A program made the translations under genes and the position numbers. This document shows, in pieces, positions 1-7,354 of a stretch of DNA of 47,191 bases (its first letter is position 1; each line of letters starts with the position of its first letter). The notes under the pieces are model-generated. The model was not told the DNA's origin. It saw only the letters and a list, made by a program, of their open reading frames with translations, and ran no database searches. Source of the DNA: Eubacteriales bacterium (lineage in GTDB: Bacteria; Bacillota; Clostridia; Oscillospirales; CAG-272); assembly GCA_045580065.1 (NCBI GenBank), contig JAZNNA010000011.1, positions 1-47,191 of the forward strand, in the 5' to 3' direction.

Positions 1-503
1 TCCTGCGCCGGCGGCATCTCATAGCGCATACCGGGCAGTACCTGGCGCTTGGAGCTTGTGGTAAAATCAACCGGGCGCAGCACCGCCAGGATCTTATCCT
101 TTTCATCGGTAAAAATCAGATTGCTGTACTTCCCCATGATCTCCGCCACCAAATGGCGCTCACACAAAAAGCCCATTTCGTCGCGTGTCTCAAAACCAAG
201 CACCACCACGCGCTCAAAGCCAAGCTGGCGCACACCGGTAAGCTTTGCACCGGAGAGATGCTTGCGCAAAAGCACGCAAAACTGCGGCGGATTTTGCGGA
301 TTCTCCATCGGAATGGCGGTAAAGCCAATACGTGGATTGGCAGAGCCTGCATTGATCAGCAAGCGATTGCCGCCCTCAAAGGTTCGCATCTGCAGCACTA
401 CGGTATCACGCTCGGGCTGGTAGACCTTTTCGATCCTGCCACCAAGCCCCACACGATTGATCTCGGCGGCTACTGCCGCCAAAAAGCCTGCATCAAATGC
501 CAT
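1..503 (-). CDS. rqcH: RqcH/Rqc2-family (FbpA, NFACT) ribosome quality-control protein, N-terminal fragment; gene continues past the window start
   Basis: Absent from the ORF track because there is no stop inside the window. My own translation of the minus strand from ATG 503..501, 5 nt after a GGAGG RBS (rc of 509-513), gives MAFDAGFLAAVAAEINRVGLGGRIEKVYQPERDTVVLQMRTFEGGNRLLINAGSANPRIGF... This is a typical NFACT-N start of FbpA/RqcH proteins. The frame stays open to position 1. Plus-strand ORFs 49..423 and 153..527 are antisense shadows. Confidence 0.7.
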   Translation of the reverse strand, partial: MAFDAGFLAAVAAEINRVGLGGRIEKVYQPERDTVVLQMRTFEGGNRLLINAGSANPRIGFTAIPMENPQNPPQFCVLLRKHLSGAKLTGVRQLGFERVVVLGFETRDEMGFLCERHLVAEIMGKYSNLIFTDEKDKILAVLRPVDFTTSSKRQVLPGMRYEMPPAQ

Positions 504-523
504 ATCTGCCTCCTTTCAGACGA

Positions 524-550
524 ATAAAGGGGCGCTTTGCGCCCCTTTTG
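524..550 (-). terminator. Rho-independent terminator downstream of the HAD hydrolase gene
   Basis: GGGGCGC (529-535) / GCGCCCC (539-545) stem with a 3-nt loop. It is flanked by an A-run and a T-run. On the minus strand the hairpin is followed by TTTATT. Confidence 0.6.
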
Positions 551-560
551 GCGTCGGCGA

Positions 561-1382
561 TCAGCCGAACATTTCTTTGTCTACGTTATCCAAAGAATCA
601 AATACGAAATCGGGCTTGTCAGCCTCGGTAGCTGCCTCAACGTCCTCGGGCGTGGTCTCACCGGAAAGAACGAGCGCAGCGGTAACGCCGTGACGCTTGC
701 CAACGGCGATATCGGTATACAAGCGATCACCGAAAATGCACATTTCCTCACAGGAGAAGCCGGTTGCCTCGCAGATCATCTCAATGGTTTCCTTATAAGG
801 CTTGCCAAAGTAGGTGGGCACCTTACCCGTAGAGGCGGTCACAAAGGCTGCGATCGCGCCGCTATCCGGAATAAAGCCAGTTTCGGTGGGGCAATTGAAA
901 TCGGGGTGGGTGGAAAGATACTCTGCCCCGTTGCGCACCATGCGGCAGGCGTTGTCCATCTTCTCATAGGTGAGGGTGGTATCAAAGCTGGTCACCACGA
1001 TATCGGCATTTTCCTCCTTGCCCGTAAGCATGGGGATGCCGTTTTCGCGGAAGTTTTCAACAAGCTCGTCGGTGCCGACAAGGTAGACGTTCTTGCCTGC
1101 ACGGTGGCGCTTTAAAAACTCGATCGTCACGTCGCCAGAGGTCATGATCTCCTCTTTTGTGGGAGAGAAGCCAAGCTTTGTGAGCTTATTTACGTAAAAA
1201 TCGGTGGTGTGAGAGGCGTTGTTGGTGAAAAACAGCACCTTTTTGCCTGCTGCGCGCAGATTGTTGATAAAGCGGATGGCAAACGGAAATACCTGATAGC
1301 CAAGGTAGATGGTGCCGTCCATATCAAAGATATACAGCTTTTTCTCGTTTAAAACAGAGATATCGGGGTTTTTGAAGTTCAT
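561..1382 (-). CDS. HAD-IIA family hydrolase (NagD/YutF-like sugar-phosphate phosphatase)
   Basis: 273-aa ORF. HAD motif I is FDMDGTIY, followed by FFTNNAS and a C-terminal IFGDRLYTDI motif. Length and cap architecture fit the HAD-IIA subfamily. Confidence 0.8.
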   Translation of the reverse strand: MNFKNPDISVLNEKKLYIFDMDGTIYLGYQVFPFAIRFINNLRAAGKKVLFFTNNASHTTDFYVNKLTKLGFSPTKEEIMTSGDVTIEFLKRHRAGKNVYLVGTDELVENFRENGIPMLTGKEENADIVVTSFDTTLTYEKMDNACRMVRNGAEYLSTHPDFNCPTETGFIPDSGAIAAFVTASTGKVPTYFGKPYKETIEMICEATGFSCEEMCIFGDRLYTDIAVGKRHGVTAALVLSGETTPEDVEAATEADKPDFVFDSLDNVDKEMFG

Positions 1383-1414
1383 AAAAGGTCCTCACTTTCA
1401 GTCTTATCTACACT

Positions 1415-1443
1415 ATTGTATCATACTCTTGATTTTTTTGCAA
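1415..1443 (-). promoter_or_regulatory. Sigma-A type promoter for the HAD hydrolase gene
   Basis: Minus strand reads TTGCAA (1443-1438), 17-nt spacer, TACAAT (1420-1415), with a TG at the extended -10 position (TGaTACAAT). It overlaps the divergent coaW promoter. Confidence 0.5.
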
Positions 1444-1457
1444 GATTGTAGTATAAT
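1429..1457 (+). promoter_or_regulatory. Sigma-A type promoter for coaW
   Basis: TTGATT (1429-1434), 17-nt spacer, TATAAT (1452-1457). The RBS AGAGGTGA precedes the ATG at 1493. Confidence 0.55.
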
Positions 1458-1492
1458 AAATTAAAGATTTTTATCACAGAGGTGATCTGACT

Positions 1493-2341
1493 ATGGCAAA
1501 AACCGTACTTGGAATAGACGTTGGCGGCAGCACCACCAAGATCGTGGGCTTTCGCAAGGAGGCGCACGGTAACGTTCTGATCGAGCCGCAATGCGTGCGC
1601 GCTACCGATCCCCTGACCTCGATCTATGGCGCCTTTGGGCGCTTTACCATGCAAAACGGACTTTTGCTTTCCGATATCGAGCGCGTGATGATGACCGGTG
1701 TTGGCTCCGCCTTTGCGCAAAAGCCGCTTTACGAGGGGCTTGACTGCCGCATCGTGCCAGAATTTGAAAGCGTGGGGCTTGGCGGACTTTACCTTTCCGG
1801 CATGGATGAGGCCGTGATCGTCAGCATGGGCACGGGCACTGCGCTTGTCCACGCACAAAAAACCGCCACCGGCACAAAAACCGACTATCTGGGCGGCACC
1901 GGCGTTGGCGGCGGCACACTGATCGGCCTTTCGCGCAAGATCCTTGGTGTTGACACCGTTGAGCATATCGAGCAGCTTTGCGAGGGCGGCGATCTTTCTA
2001 ACGTTGACCTGCGTATCCGCGACATTTCCTCTAAGGATATGTACCCCAATATGAACTTTGAGCTGACAGCCTCTAACTTTGGCAAATTAAGTGACATTGC
2101 AAGCAAGCACGACATTGCCCTTGGCATTTGCAATATGGTGGGCGAGACCATTGGTATGATGGCGATTTTTGCCGCCAGAAGCCACCATCTGGACAACGTA
2201 GTGCTGACGGGCAACCTGACGGCGCTCAAGCCGATCCGCCGCGTTTTCGAGGCGATGGAGGCTATGTTCGGCATCCGCTTTATCATCCCGGAAAATTCGC
2301 AGTACGGCACCGTGATCGGCGCGGCGCTGGGCGCGCTGTAA
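1493..2341 (+). CDS. coaW: Type II pantothenate kinase (Fumble/CoaW family)
   Basis: 282 aa. N-terminal GIDVGGSTTKIVG is an ASKHA phosphate-1 motif. YLGGTGVGGGTLIGLSRKILG and TASNFGKL match the type II PanK/Fumble signature. Confidence 0.7.
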   Translation: MAKTVLGIDVGGSTTKIVGFRKEAHGNVLIEPQCVRATDPLTSIYGAFGRFTMQNGLLLSDIERVMMTGVGSAFAQKPLYEGLDCRIVPEFESVGLGGLYLSGMDEAVIVSMGTGTALVHAQKTATGTKTDYLGGTGVGGGTLIGLSRKILGVDTVEHIEQLCEGGDLSNVDLRIRDISSKDMYPNMNFELTASNFGKLSDIASKHDIALGICNMVGETIGMMAIFAARSHHLDNVVLTGNLTALKPIRRVFEAMEAMFGIRFIIPENSQYGTVIGAALGAL

Positions 2342-2346
2342 GCAAC

Positions 2347-2378
2347 AAAAAAGGACGGAATCGCTTCCGTCCTTTTTT
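2347..2378. terminator. Bidirectional rho-independent terminator between convergent coaW and MBL-lipoprotein paralog A
   Basis: AAAAAA-GGACGGAA-tcgc-TTCCGTCC-TTTTTT. The stem is a perfect 8 bp and has an A-run on one side and a T-run on the other. Confidence 0.8.
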
Positions 2379-2380
2379 GT

Positions 2381-4774
2381 TTACCTCTTGATCGCAGCCA
2401 CCTTGGATCTGGTCGACCAATCGGCGTAGGTAATGGTCTGGTGTCCCACGGCATCATAGAGATTGTTATAGTCCGCGCCACCGGGCTTGAGGGTCAGCGT
2501 GATATTGTAGATATCCGAAATATAGATATATTTTACGCTGTCAAGATTATAGCGGATGTAATAGTCAACGGACTTATTGAACGAGGTTGTGTTGGGATCG
2601 TTGGTATAGCTCACAACGGCAGATGCGGTGTGAGGCCACCACACAACGGTGGGATCCACCATCTCGTAAAAGCTGATCTCGCAGCCGGGACCGCCGTGGT
2701 GCGATACCTGCACCATATCCGACTTGAGATAAGTGCCGTACATAATGCACATCCACTTGCCCTGATAGCGGTAAGCATCGCCCGTCCACAGCGTGGAGTA
2801 GCGCTGCGAGCCGTTTTTGGTAGAGAAGGTGATGCGCAGAGTTGTGGAGGAATCGTTAAAGGTCACGATATTGTGGGGGTTAAGATCCTCTTGCGTGCAA
2901 AGTATCTCCATTTCGGCATTGGCGAAATAGAGCTTTTGCCCCGTGTGTACCTTGAGATACTTGAATCCGCCCTTAAACGAGCTTTTCAGAGTATCCATAT
3001 AGTTGTTCAACGAGAAGTCGTGCCCCGTGGTGTTATAGCAAGCAGCCTCCGAGGGGAAGTTGCCGATCAGATACTCCAGCTGCACCAGTCCGTTTGAGGC
3101 AAAGACCTTGGCAAAATCGTACAGAACCTGATAGTGATCCCCGTGTGAGTGAGAAATGATCCACGCGGCGATCTTGATGGGAGAGGAGGAGCTGGGCGCC
3201 TTGTTATTGGCCCTGGTATACAGATCGGACAGCACATCCCACATACGCTGCGTGCTGCTTCCTACGCTGGTAGCACCACCGTCATACACAATAAAGCGGC
3301 CATCCTCCAGCATCATCACGTAGCCGGTTCCTACGTTACCGCCCTCAAGCTTTACAGCGGTAATGGTAGAATTAGCTACAAAATTGTACGAGGGGTTGGG
3401 CGTGAGGAGCGAACTGTCGGGCAGTGTTACCGCATCCAAGGGAGCGGAGATCACGCGCAGCATCGGCTCCTCAAAGGCATGCTTTTCAGCATCCGCGTGC
3501 TTGTATGCATTATAAGCTACGTAAAGCGTGGTTTTGGCTTCGTTATTCACAAGCGTTGCAAATTTGCTGTCTTCTATGGTATTTTCCGTCAGGATCTCAT
3601 AACCGCTGGTTTTAAGCGTGCTGCAGTAAGCATCAAATGCACTTGCGTTTACGCCATCGCCCATATACAAATACTGCAGGGAGCTGTCAGCATCATCGTA
3701 GGTGTTATAAAGCTCGATCCCCTGCCCTTCGGGCTTGGGAAAATCGGTGATCCACTTTTCATTAGTGTTATCGGTCAGCTTAAAGCCCTCCGGGAAAACG
3801 ATGCTGACGCTGCCGTCTTTGTCTTCAACGGTAGCAAGCTCAAGCATCGAGATCAAACGCTGCTCACCGTTTATCAGTCCTGCACGCCCCCAAGAGGTAA
3901 AGATCAGCTTGCCGTTCTTTACAAAGATGCCGTATTCCTCGCCGCGAAGCTCGGAAAGAGCGGCCTTGCACTCGTCACGCTCCACCTGGCCAAGCAGGAT
4001 CTCACTGGCTACGGGCTCTGCAGCATCGGTCTTTCTCTTGAGATCGTTCAACTTTTTTCCTGTTTTTCCGGAAAGGATCCCTGCAAGAGTCGTGGCAAAA
4101 TTCACCTCGTAATCCATGCCGTTATTGGGAACGTAGCCCGCCTCGTACTCCGAGCTGCCGCTATCGTCAAGCAGCGCGCTGTAAACAAGGTTGATCACTT
4201 CGTCGCTGCCGGTAACGATGCTGTGCATCTGGATCTTATCTGCATTGACCTCCTTGTGCAGCTCCAACACCGAGTCGGTGCCGTCGCCGGTAAGGTAATT
4301 ATCGATAAAGAAGGACATTGCCTGCACGGTAAGCAGGTGGTTGCTGCCCACAATGGCGATCTTGTTGTCGGTAACTTGGATGGCAAATCCGTTTTCCTTG
4401 ATCGAAGCATATGCTTCTTTACTTTCTTCTCTGCCGGTAAGGCCGATCAGGATCTCAAGCCCTGCGGCACCGCCCTTGGCGCGTGCTTCAGCCGTGGCCT
4501 TATAGCTCTCGCCGGTAGCAGCGCCAAGCCTATCGGCAAAATCGGCGGCGACTATCTTTAAAAAGGCTTCTCGCCCAAACTCGTCGGCATACACAACGTC
4601 GTACTGTGCAACGTCCACCTTTTTCGTTTTGTTGGTAACCTCTACCTCAACGTTGCTGCCCGCGGGAAGCTTGATGTCCTCGGGGTTGGTCTTTTTGCAG
4701 GAGGAAAGAACCGTTACAGCCGCAAGCAAAAGCGTTGCGGCAAGGATCAAACTTAAAACTCTTGTCGTTTTCAT
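2381..4774 (-). CDS. Lipoprotein with C-terminal ComEC-type MBL-fold domain, paralog A of 5
   Basis: ORF 2381..4789. The preferred start is ATG 4774 (MKTTRVLSLILAATLLLAAVTVLSSC), 7 nt after GAGGGA. It has a signal peptide plus lipobox Cys (LSSC). The HxHxDH motif HSHGDH is encoded at 3134-3151. Downstream motifs LWTGDA and VSHHGGPG resemble the ComEC/COG2333 MBL domain. The start lies only 15 nt after the stop of paralog B, so the two are probably cotranscribed. Confidence 0.8.
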   Translation of the reverse strand: MKTTRVLSLILAATLLLAAVTVLSSCKKTNPEDIKLPAGSNVEVEVTNKTKKVDVAQYDVVYADEFGREAFLKIVAADFADRLGAATGESYKATAEARAKGGAAGLEILIGLTGREESKEAYASIKENGFAIQVTDNKIAIVGSNHLLTVQAMSFFIDNYLTGDGTDSVLELHKEVNADKIQMHSIVTGSDEVINLVYSALLDDSGSSEYEAGYVPNNGMDYEVNFATTLAGILSGKTGKKLNDLKRKTDAAEPVASEILLGQVERDECKAALSELRGEEYGIFVKNGKLIFTSWGRAGLINGEQRLISMLELATVEDKDGSVSIVFPEGFKLTDNTNEKWITDFPKPEGQGIELYNTYDDADSSLQYLYMGDGVNASAFDAYCSTLKTSGYEILTENTIEDSKFATLVNNEAKTTLYVAYNAYKHADAEKHAFEEPMLRVISAPLDAVTLPDSSLLTPNPSYNFVANSTITAVKLEGGNVGTGYVMMLEDGRFIVYDGGATSVGSSTQRMWDVLSDLYTRANNKAPSSSSPIKIAAWIISHSHGDHYQVLYDFAKVFASNGLVQLEYLIGNFPSEAACYNTTGHDFSLNNYMDTLKSSFKGGFKYLKVHTGQKLYFANAEMEILCTQEDLNPHNIVTFNDSSTTLRITFSTKNGSQRYSTLWTGDAYRYQGKWMCIMYGTYLKSDMVQVSHHGGPGCEISFYEMVDPTVVWWPHTASAVVSYTNDPNTTSFNKSVDYYIRYNLDSVKYIYISDIYNITLTLKPGGADYNNLYDAVGHQTITYADWSTRSKVAAIKR

Positions 4775-4789
4775 GCTCTGTTCCCTCAA

Positions 4790-7165
4790 TTATTTTTTGA
4801 TAATACTTGTCAGATTGTACTGAATAGTCGCACCGGAGATCGCATCGTAGATGTTTTCGTAATCCGGGCCGTTTGCCGTCAGATTGACCGTAGTGTGATA
4901 GGTATCGGAAACGTAAATGTACTTGACGTTAGGCACCTTATTTACAAGATGATAGTCAACGGCATATTGCCAGCCGGCACTCTGATTGCCCTGCGCAGTA
5001 TAGCTGCGGAATGCCTCGGCAGTGTGCGGGAACCATACCACCGTGGGGTTGACACAATCATAGAACGGGATCTCACAGCCGATGTTGCCGTGGTGCGCCA
5101 CCTGTACCATATCCGATTGCAGATAACTGCCATACAGCGCTGCCATATAGCGGCTCTGGTTGCGGTTGGCATCTCCCGTCCACATCTGGGTAACGGGCTT
5201 TGCACCGGGGGCATCCTGGTTGGAAAGGTGGAAGCGAAGCACCGTGCAGGTATCGTTAGAGTTGTTGATGCGCAAGGGATTGAGATCCTCAAAGGTGGTG
5301 ATCACCTCGATCTCAAGGTTGGCAAGATGATATCTTTGGCCGGCATGTACCTTTACGTATTTAAAGCCGCCCGTCACCTTAGTCTGCAGGCCCTTGATGG
5401 CATTTGTGGAGCTTAAGTGCATCACACCGTCACGCACGGAATAGCAGGAGCTGAGCGACGGGAAGCTGCCAAGCAGATAATCCATTTTGACCTTTTTCGT
5501 TTGGCCGTAAGCACTCAAAAAGTCCTCAAACGCCTCGTAATGGTCGGAGTGAGAGTGCGTAACCACCCAAGCTGCAATGCGGATCGGATTTGTGGTGGAA
5601 ACCTCGGCCTTGGTGATCTCTTTGTGCAGACTGGAAAGAATGCTCCAGATCTTGGTATGGGTGGGCGCACCGTCGTTGCTTGCAAAGCCACCGTCAAACA
5701 GGATGAAGCTGCCGTCCTCAAGCGTGACCACGTAGCCCATACCAACGGCAGCGGAAACAAGCGGGATCGCGGTGGTCTTAGAGTCGGTCTTTTTTACGTA
5801 AGACTGCTTGGTAAGCAGCTTTTCGTCAGGCAGATAGGCGGTAGCAAGCGGCGTGGAGGTAATGCGGAAGTTGGGATCCACAAAATAATATTCGCCCTTA
5901 TCATAGGTGTAATCATCTGCAAAGGCAAACGCGTTATAGTTTACGTGCAGCACAACACCCTTTTCCTGATTGATAAAGGTGGAAAACAGGTTTTCGCCGG
6001 CGGTGGAGGAGGTCTGCAGCACATACCCCTCGGCCTTCAGCTTTTCACAATATGCGTTATAATTTTCGGCGTTGATGCCATCACCCTTATACAGATATTG
6101 CAAGGAGCTATCGTTGGCATCCATGGTGTTATACAGCTCAATGCCCTCGCCATCAGGCTTGGGGAAATCGGTGATCCAGTTCTCGTTGACGTACCCGCGC
6201 AGCGAAAAGCCGTTGGGAAACGCCACACAAGGCTGACCGGCATCGTCCGTAAAAACGGCAAGAGAGATCAGACCCTTGACAAGCTCCTGACAGGTCATCA
6301 ACGCAGCATCGCTGTAGGAGGTGCAAACGATATCCTCACTTCCCACAAAAAAGCCGTATTCGCACGCGCCAAGCTTTGCACGAAGCTCCTTGCAGGCCTC
6401 TCGATTGACGTAGCCCATCAAAAATTCCTTGGTGGACTTTTCACTTTTATCTGTGCGGATAGAAAATTTACCGGCCGAAAGACCAACCTCTCTTGCCGCA
6501 GTGGCAACCAGCTCATCAATAGCGATCACAGGGAAATCGCGGTGGTCGCCGCCTGCGGAGTGCACGTATTCGTGCACCACGGAGTCGTCAAGCTTGTCAT
6601 CGTAGATATAGCGGAAAAAGCTTTCGGTAGAGTTGGCAAGCACCACCATCTCCATCTCGTTTGCACTTGCCTTTTGGTGTACGGAAAGCGTGCTGCCGAC
6701 AGCGGCTCCGGCGGTGAGATAGGTATCGGAAAAATACTGCAGAGCCTGTACGGTAAGCAGCTGGCTGCTGCCCACGATCACGATCTTATTGCCGATCAGC
6801 TGAACGACAAAGCCGTCGCCCTTGATGGATTTATAAGCCTTTTGGCTTTCTTCCCTTTTTGTAAGGCCGATCAGGATCTCCGGGTCGGCAGCGGTGCTGC
6901 GCGTTTTATCATCGCTATTGGCGACAAGAGGAAGGCCGGTAGCACCCGAAAGCGTGTCTGCAAAATTTACAACGATCTTTTTGAGTGCTGCGATCTCACC
7001 GTAGCTTTGGGGGTATACCAACGCATACTCGGTAAGGTCGATATCCTGCCTTTTCTTGCTGCGCTTTACCTGATCCACCCTTTCGCTGCAAGCGGCGAAA
7101 ATAAGGGTTAAGGAAAGCAGCATAGCCGCGGCCAGAAGAAGGCAAACAACTTTTTTCATCTTCAT
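4790..7165 (-). CDS. Lipoprotein with C-terminal ComEC-type MBL-fold domain, paralog B of 5
   Basis: 791 aa. The start MKMKKVVCLLLAAAMLLSLTLIFAAC has the lipobox FAAC, and AAGGAG lies 7 nt upstream. HSHSDH is encoded at 5540-5557. It also carries MWTGDA and VAHHGNIG. It is collinear with the other four paralogs and shares WITDFPKPDGEGIELYNT. Confidence 0.8.
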   Translation of the reverse strand: MKMKKVVCLLLAAAMLLSLTLIFAACSERVDQVKRSKKRQDIDLTEYALVYPQSYGEIAALKKIVVNFADTLSGATGLPLVANSDDKTRSTAADPEILIGLTKREESQKAYKSIKGDGFVVQLIGNKIVIVGSSQLLTVQALQYFSDTYLTAGAAVGSTLSVHQKASANEMEMVVLANSTESFFRYIYDDKLDDSVVHEYVHSAGGDHRDFPVIAIDELVATAAREVGLSAGKFSIRTDKSEKSTKEFLMGYVNREACKELRAKLGACEYGFFVGSEDIVCTSYSDAALMTCQELVKGLISLAVFTDDAGQPCVAFPNGFSLRGYVNENWITDFPKPDGEGIELYNTMDANDSSLQYLYKGDGINAENYNAYCEKLKAEGYVLQTSSTAGENLFSTFINQEKGVVLHVNYNAFAFADDYTYDKGEYYFVDPNFRITSTPLATAYLPDEKLLTKQSYVKKTDSKTTAIPLVSAAVGMGYVVTLEDGSFILFDGGFASNDGAPTHTKIWSILSSLHKEITKAEVSTTNPIRIAAWVVTHSHSDHYEAFEDFLSAYGQTKKVKMDYLLGSFPSLSSCYSVRDGVMHLSSTNAIKGLQTKVTGGFKYVKVHAGQRYHLANLEIEVITTFEDLNPLRINNSNDTCTVLRFHLSNQDAPGAKPVTQMWTGDANRNQSRYMAALYGSYLQSDMVQVAHHGNIGCEIPFYDCVNPTVVWFPHTAEAFRSYTAQGNQSAGWQYAVDYHLVNKVPNVKYIYVSDTYHTTVNLTANGPDYENIYDAISGATIQYNLTSIIKK

Positions 7166-7203
7166 AGCTTTGCTCCTTTACAAAGATATAAATAGTTAGT
7201 TTA

Positions 7204-7232
7204 ATTATATCATCAAATCCTGCTTTTGGCAA
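7204..7232 (-). promoter_or_regulatory. Sigma-A promoter with extended -10 for paralog B (and probably A)
   Basis: Minus strand reads TTGCCA (7232-7227), 17-nt spacer, TATAAT (7209-7204), preceded by TG (TGaTATAAT). Confidence 0.6.
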
Positions 7233-7305
7233 GCGGTACGGTGCGATGTTTGCTTTCTCTTCACTTTTTTCGCCGTTTTTCACAATTGCCAAATTCACTT
7301 TTCGG

Positions 7306-7341
7306 CATTTCGCGCAAAAAGGGCAACGGGAAAATTCCCGT
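7306..7341 (-). terminator. Rho-independent terminator after paralog C
   Basis: GGGCAACGGGA (7312-7322) / TCCCGTTGCCC (7327-7337), a perfect 11-bp stem. A T-run follows on the minus strand (rc of 7307-7311). Confidence 0.8.
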
Positions 7342-7354
7342 TGCCCTTTTGATC

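Noticed and set aside
49-527. Plus-strand ORFs 49..423 and 153..527 at the left edge.
   Set aside because: The minus strand encodes a recognisable RqcH/FbpA N-terminus with a strong RBS. The plus-strand ORFs are antisense shadows.
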